A DNA stretch of 63,107 nt, the filler included, from Octopus bimaculoides (lineage: Eukaryota), in NCBI RefSeq assembly GCF_001194135.2. It is 10 parts of 10 records of this genome, joined end to end, with 100 filler letters (N's around TTAATTAATTAA, not from the genome) between each part and the next. Parts side by side here need not be neighbours in the genome. Positions count along the whole stretch, not along the records: positions 60,089 to 63,107 come from NW_026434416.1; 9 more parts are not named here. One strand, 5' to 3'. Numbering within the stretch: the first letter of the stretch is position 1; the number at the start of each line of letters is the position of its first letter. The notes under the pieces are model-generated. The model was not told where the DNA came from, did not search any database, and was given only the letters and a program-made list of their open reading frames with translations. Positions 62,690 through 63,107 of this stretch are shown here, in pieces. A program made the position numbers and the translations under genes.

Positions 62690-63107
62690 TCAGTGTGTCA
62701 CTCTTTCTGTAACTTTCATCACCTGATCCAACAAGTTGATACCTCTGTAATTATTTCTATCTGAGGAATCACTTTTACCTTTGTAGCAGTTGACTATGGT
62801 TGCTGCTACCCCAGTCATTGCTTCGTGAGCCACCTGACTTACAATACGGGTGACTAGACCACAACCCACACCACCAGATATTTTAAGCATCTCAGCGGTG
62901 ATTCTTGATGGGTTGGGGGCTTTCCCTGTCTTCATATCCTTAATTGCTTTATCTACCAAGGTACTGTTGATTTCGACCGCTGGTCCCTCAATTGGGTCAA
63001 CATTTGGCAGACTCTCCTCCTCCCATTCATTCTCCATGTTCAGCAGTCTTTCATAATGGCACCTCCAAGCTTCTTTTTTTGCAGAATCATTAAATGCAAG
63101 TGCACTT
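62690..63107 (-). mobile_element. RTE-clade LINE fragment (pre-RT region)
   Basis: VDKAIKDMKTGKAP...ITAEMLK...YKGKSD..DRNNYRGINLL is the conserved LINE segment just upstream of the RT. Confidence 0.85.

Overview
Repeat-dense, gap-rich animal genomic DNA. The SINE families, microsatellite load and LINE spectrum suggest an octopus/coleoid cephalopod assembly (inference). Nine 100-bp spacers (44N-TTAATTAATTAA-44N) are artificial joins that split the window into ten segments whose mutual order and orientation are not evidenced by sequence. Host genes recognisable by eye: two spliced ankyrin-repeat exons of a mind bomb 2-like E3 ligase (minus, 14.2-15.2 kb); a head-to-head inverted pair of fucosyltransferase-superfamily coding exons (44.1-45.2 kb minus, 48.8-49.9 kb plus); and a tail-to-tail pair of terminal exons of a D-2-hydroxyacid dehydrogenase (50.6-52.2 kb). 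The rest is mobile-element debris (R4/Dong, RTE, HERO-like, Tx1/L1-like, CR1/Jockey-like, Penelope-like, Helitron, Chapaev-like, mariner, piggyBac, several tRNA-SINE families) and microsatellites. Most ORF-track entries are microsatellite or N-gap artefacts. The most notable signal is a set of minimal hammerhead-ribozyme motifs: a palindromic element of two divergent tRNA-headed (Pol III) units each carrying a Penelope-type minimal hammerhead (54.6-55.2 kb), a near-canonical hammerhead at 18340-18399, and a three-copy family with a shared non-canonical core. All family assignments are by motif recognition, without database searches.
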